Shown here: positions 63,459 through 64,000 of the stretch, one piece after another
Layout of the letters: the number at the start of each line of letters is the position of its first letter
How positions within the stretch are numbered: the first letter of the stretch is position 1
Source of the DNA: Cryomorphaceae bacterium
GTDB lineage: Bacteria; Bacteroidota; Bacteroidia; Flavobacteriales_D; Sanyastnellaceae
Assembly (NCBI GenBank): GCA_016124575.1
Contig: WGNM01000005.1
Coordinates: 20,118-84,117 of the forward strand
DNA: 64,000 nucleotides
Direction: 5' to 3'
Translations under genes and position numbers: made by a program
The notes under the pieces: generated by a model
The model's database searches: none
Seen by the model: only the letters and a program-made list of their open reading frames with translations
Told to the model about the DNA's origin: nothing

Positions 63459-64000
63459 TTATTTATCCCATTTGAACGACCCGTCGGTGCTGGTGCTTTG
63501 CCAGGTCGACGGGTTTTTCTTTTCTTCTCCGCCCTCAACTCCCTGTAATTCTTGTCCGCCCACAAGTTCAGTATACTCCACTTCGAACTCATCGTCGTTC
63601 AGCGGGTCGCTTTCCCAATCGTATACCTTGCGCTGTGGACCTTTGTTTTTGAAAGCAAGCGCCAACACCAAGCCCATTACACCACCCGCTAAGTGTCCTT
63701 CCCACGATATGTGCTTATCGATAGGCAACACCCACCATACCATGCTACCGTACAAAAAGGCCACGGCAAGGGCTACACGCAGCAGAGCAGGATTCTTTCT
63801 TATCAAGCCGCTGAAAAAGATAAATGCTGCGATGCCGTAAATGACACCCGAGGCGCCGATGTGGTTTCCGCCGCGGCCCCAAAGCCATAGCAATATGCCG
63901 GAGCCGATGTAGAGAAAGGCCAGCACGCGAAAAGCGATTTGGCGGTAGAAGAAGATGAGAAATGCTGAGAGGACAAAAAACGACATCGAGTTACTGCGGA
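63459..64000 (-). CDS. Rhomboid-family intramembrane serine protease, C-terminal part; the 5' end probably lies beyond the window
   Basis: GASGVIYG (GxSG catalytic Ser) and a later HLAG (catalytic His) within TM helices. The frame stays open from 63986 to the window edge. Confidence 0.75.
   Translation of the reverse strand, partial: RSNSMSFFVLSAFLIFFYRQIAFRVLAFLYIGSGILLWLWGRGGNHIGASGVIYGIAAFIFFSGLIRKNPALLRVALAVAFLYGSMVWWVLPIDKHISWEGHLAGGVMGLVLALAFKNKGPQRKVYDWESDPLNDDEFEVEYTELVGGQELQGVEGGEEKKNPSTWQSTSTDGSFKWDK

Noticed and set aside
599-63890. The many other 60-180-aa ORF-track entries lying inside or antisense to the long recognised genes (for example 2113..2484, 18537..19073, 23720..24274, 59271..59945).
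   Set aside because: Each is fully nested in a gene with strong family motifs on the other strand or frame. None shows recognisable motifs of its own.
1-64000. tRNA, rRNA, tmRNA, RNase P, riboswitch, IS element or integrase anywhere in the window.
   Set aside because: Scanning the intergenic regions I recognised no cloverleaf-like or conserved RNA signatures, no terminal inverted repeats around a transposase, and no tyrosine/serine recombinase motifs in the ORF track. This absence is by-eye only and should be confirmed with tRNAscan-SE, Infernal and ISEScan.

Overview
The window looks like a Bacteroidota (Flavobacteriia-like) chromosome. Support: five proteins with T9SS C-terminal sorting domains, a CarboxypepD_reg-type TonB-dependent receptor, bshC, a GSCFA protein, and one TAnnTTTG-like promoter element. 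All family assignments come from reading motifs in the supplied translations; no searches were run.

Layout:
- 0-5.5 kb: capsule/EPS export and initiation. This comprises a Wza fragment, a Wzc-type tyrosine autokinase, rfbC, a WecA/MraY-family transferase and a lytic transglycosylase.
- 5.5-27.4 kb: mixed housekeeping and envelope genes. These are a CoA-transferase, photolyase, YfcH-like epimerase, PAS histidine kinase plus receiver, a choice-of-anchor-B surface protein, an ABC exporter coupled to a TonB receptor, a peptide SBP, an ACMSD-like decarboxylase, an S9 hydrolase, an ECF sigma/anti-sigma/OM-protein trio, a type-B T9SS cargo and bshC.
- 27.4-57.7 kb: the most interesting part, an accessory array of about 30 kb.
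  - 32 of 33 called genes are on the + strand.
  - It holds three toxin-antitoxin pairs, one with a 53-aa partner absent from the ORF track.
  - Small ligand-binding or stress-type genes dominate: SRPBCC x4 (one frameshifted), VOC x3, YciI, DUF1579, DUF2461 and TfoX.
  - Regulators and sensors include two more sigma-factor modules, an AraC-SDR-SDR module and two paralogous propeller lipoproteins around a cytochrome c peroxidase.
  - Four type-A T9SS cargo proteins are present, one carrying a PEP/pyruvate-binding ATP-grasp domain.
  - Spacers are long and contain three recurrent repeat families that bracket gene modules.
  - I saw no integrase, transposase or tRNA.
- 57.7-64 kb: core genes (ruvX, dapD, YebC-family, GT9, GSCFA, dnaN, a rhomboid fragment).

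I recognised no rRNA, tRNA, CRISPR array or IS element.
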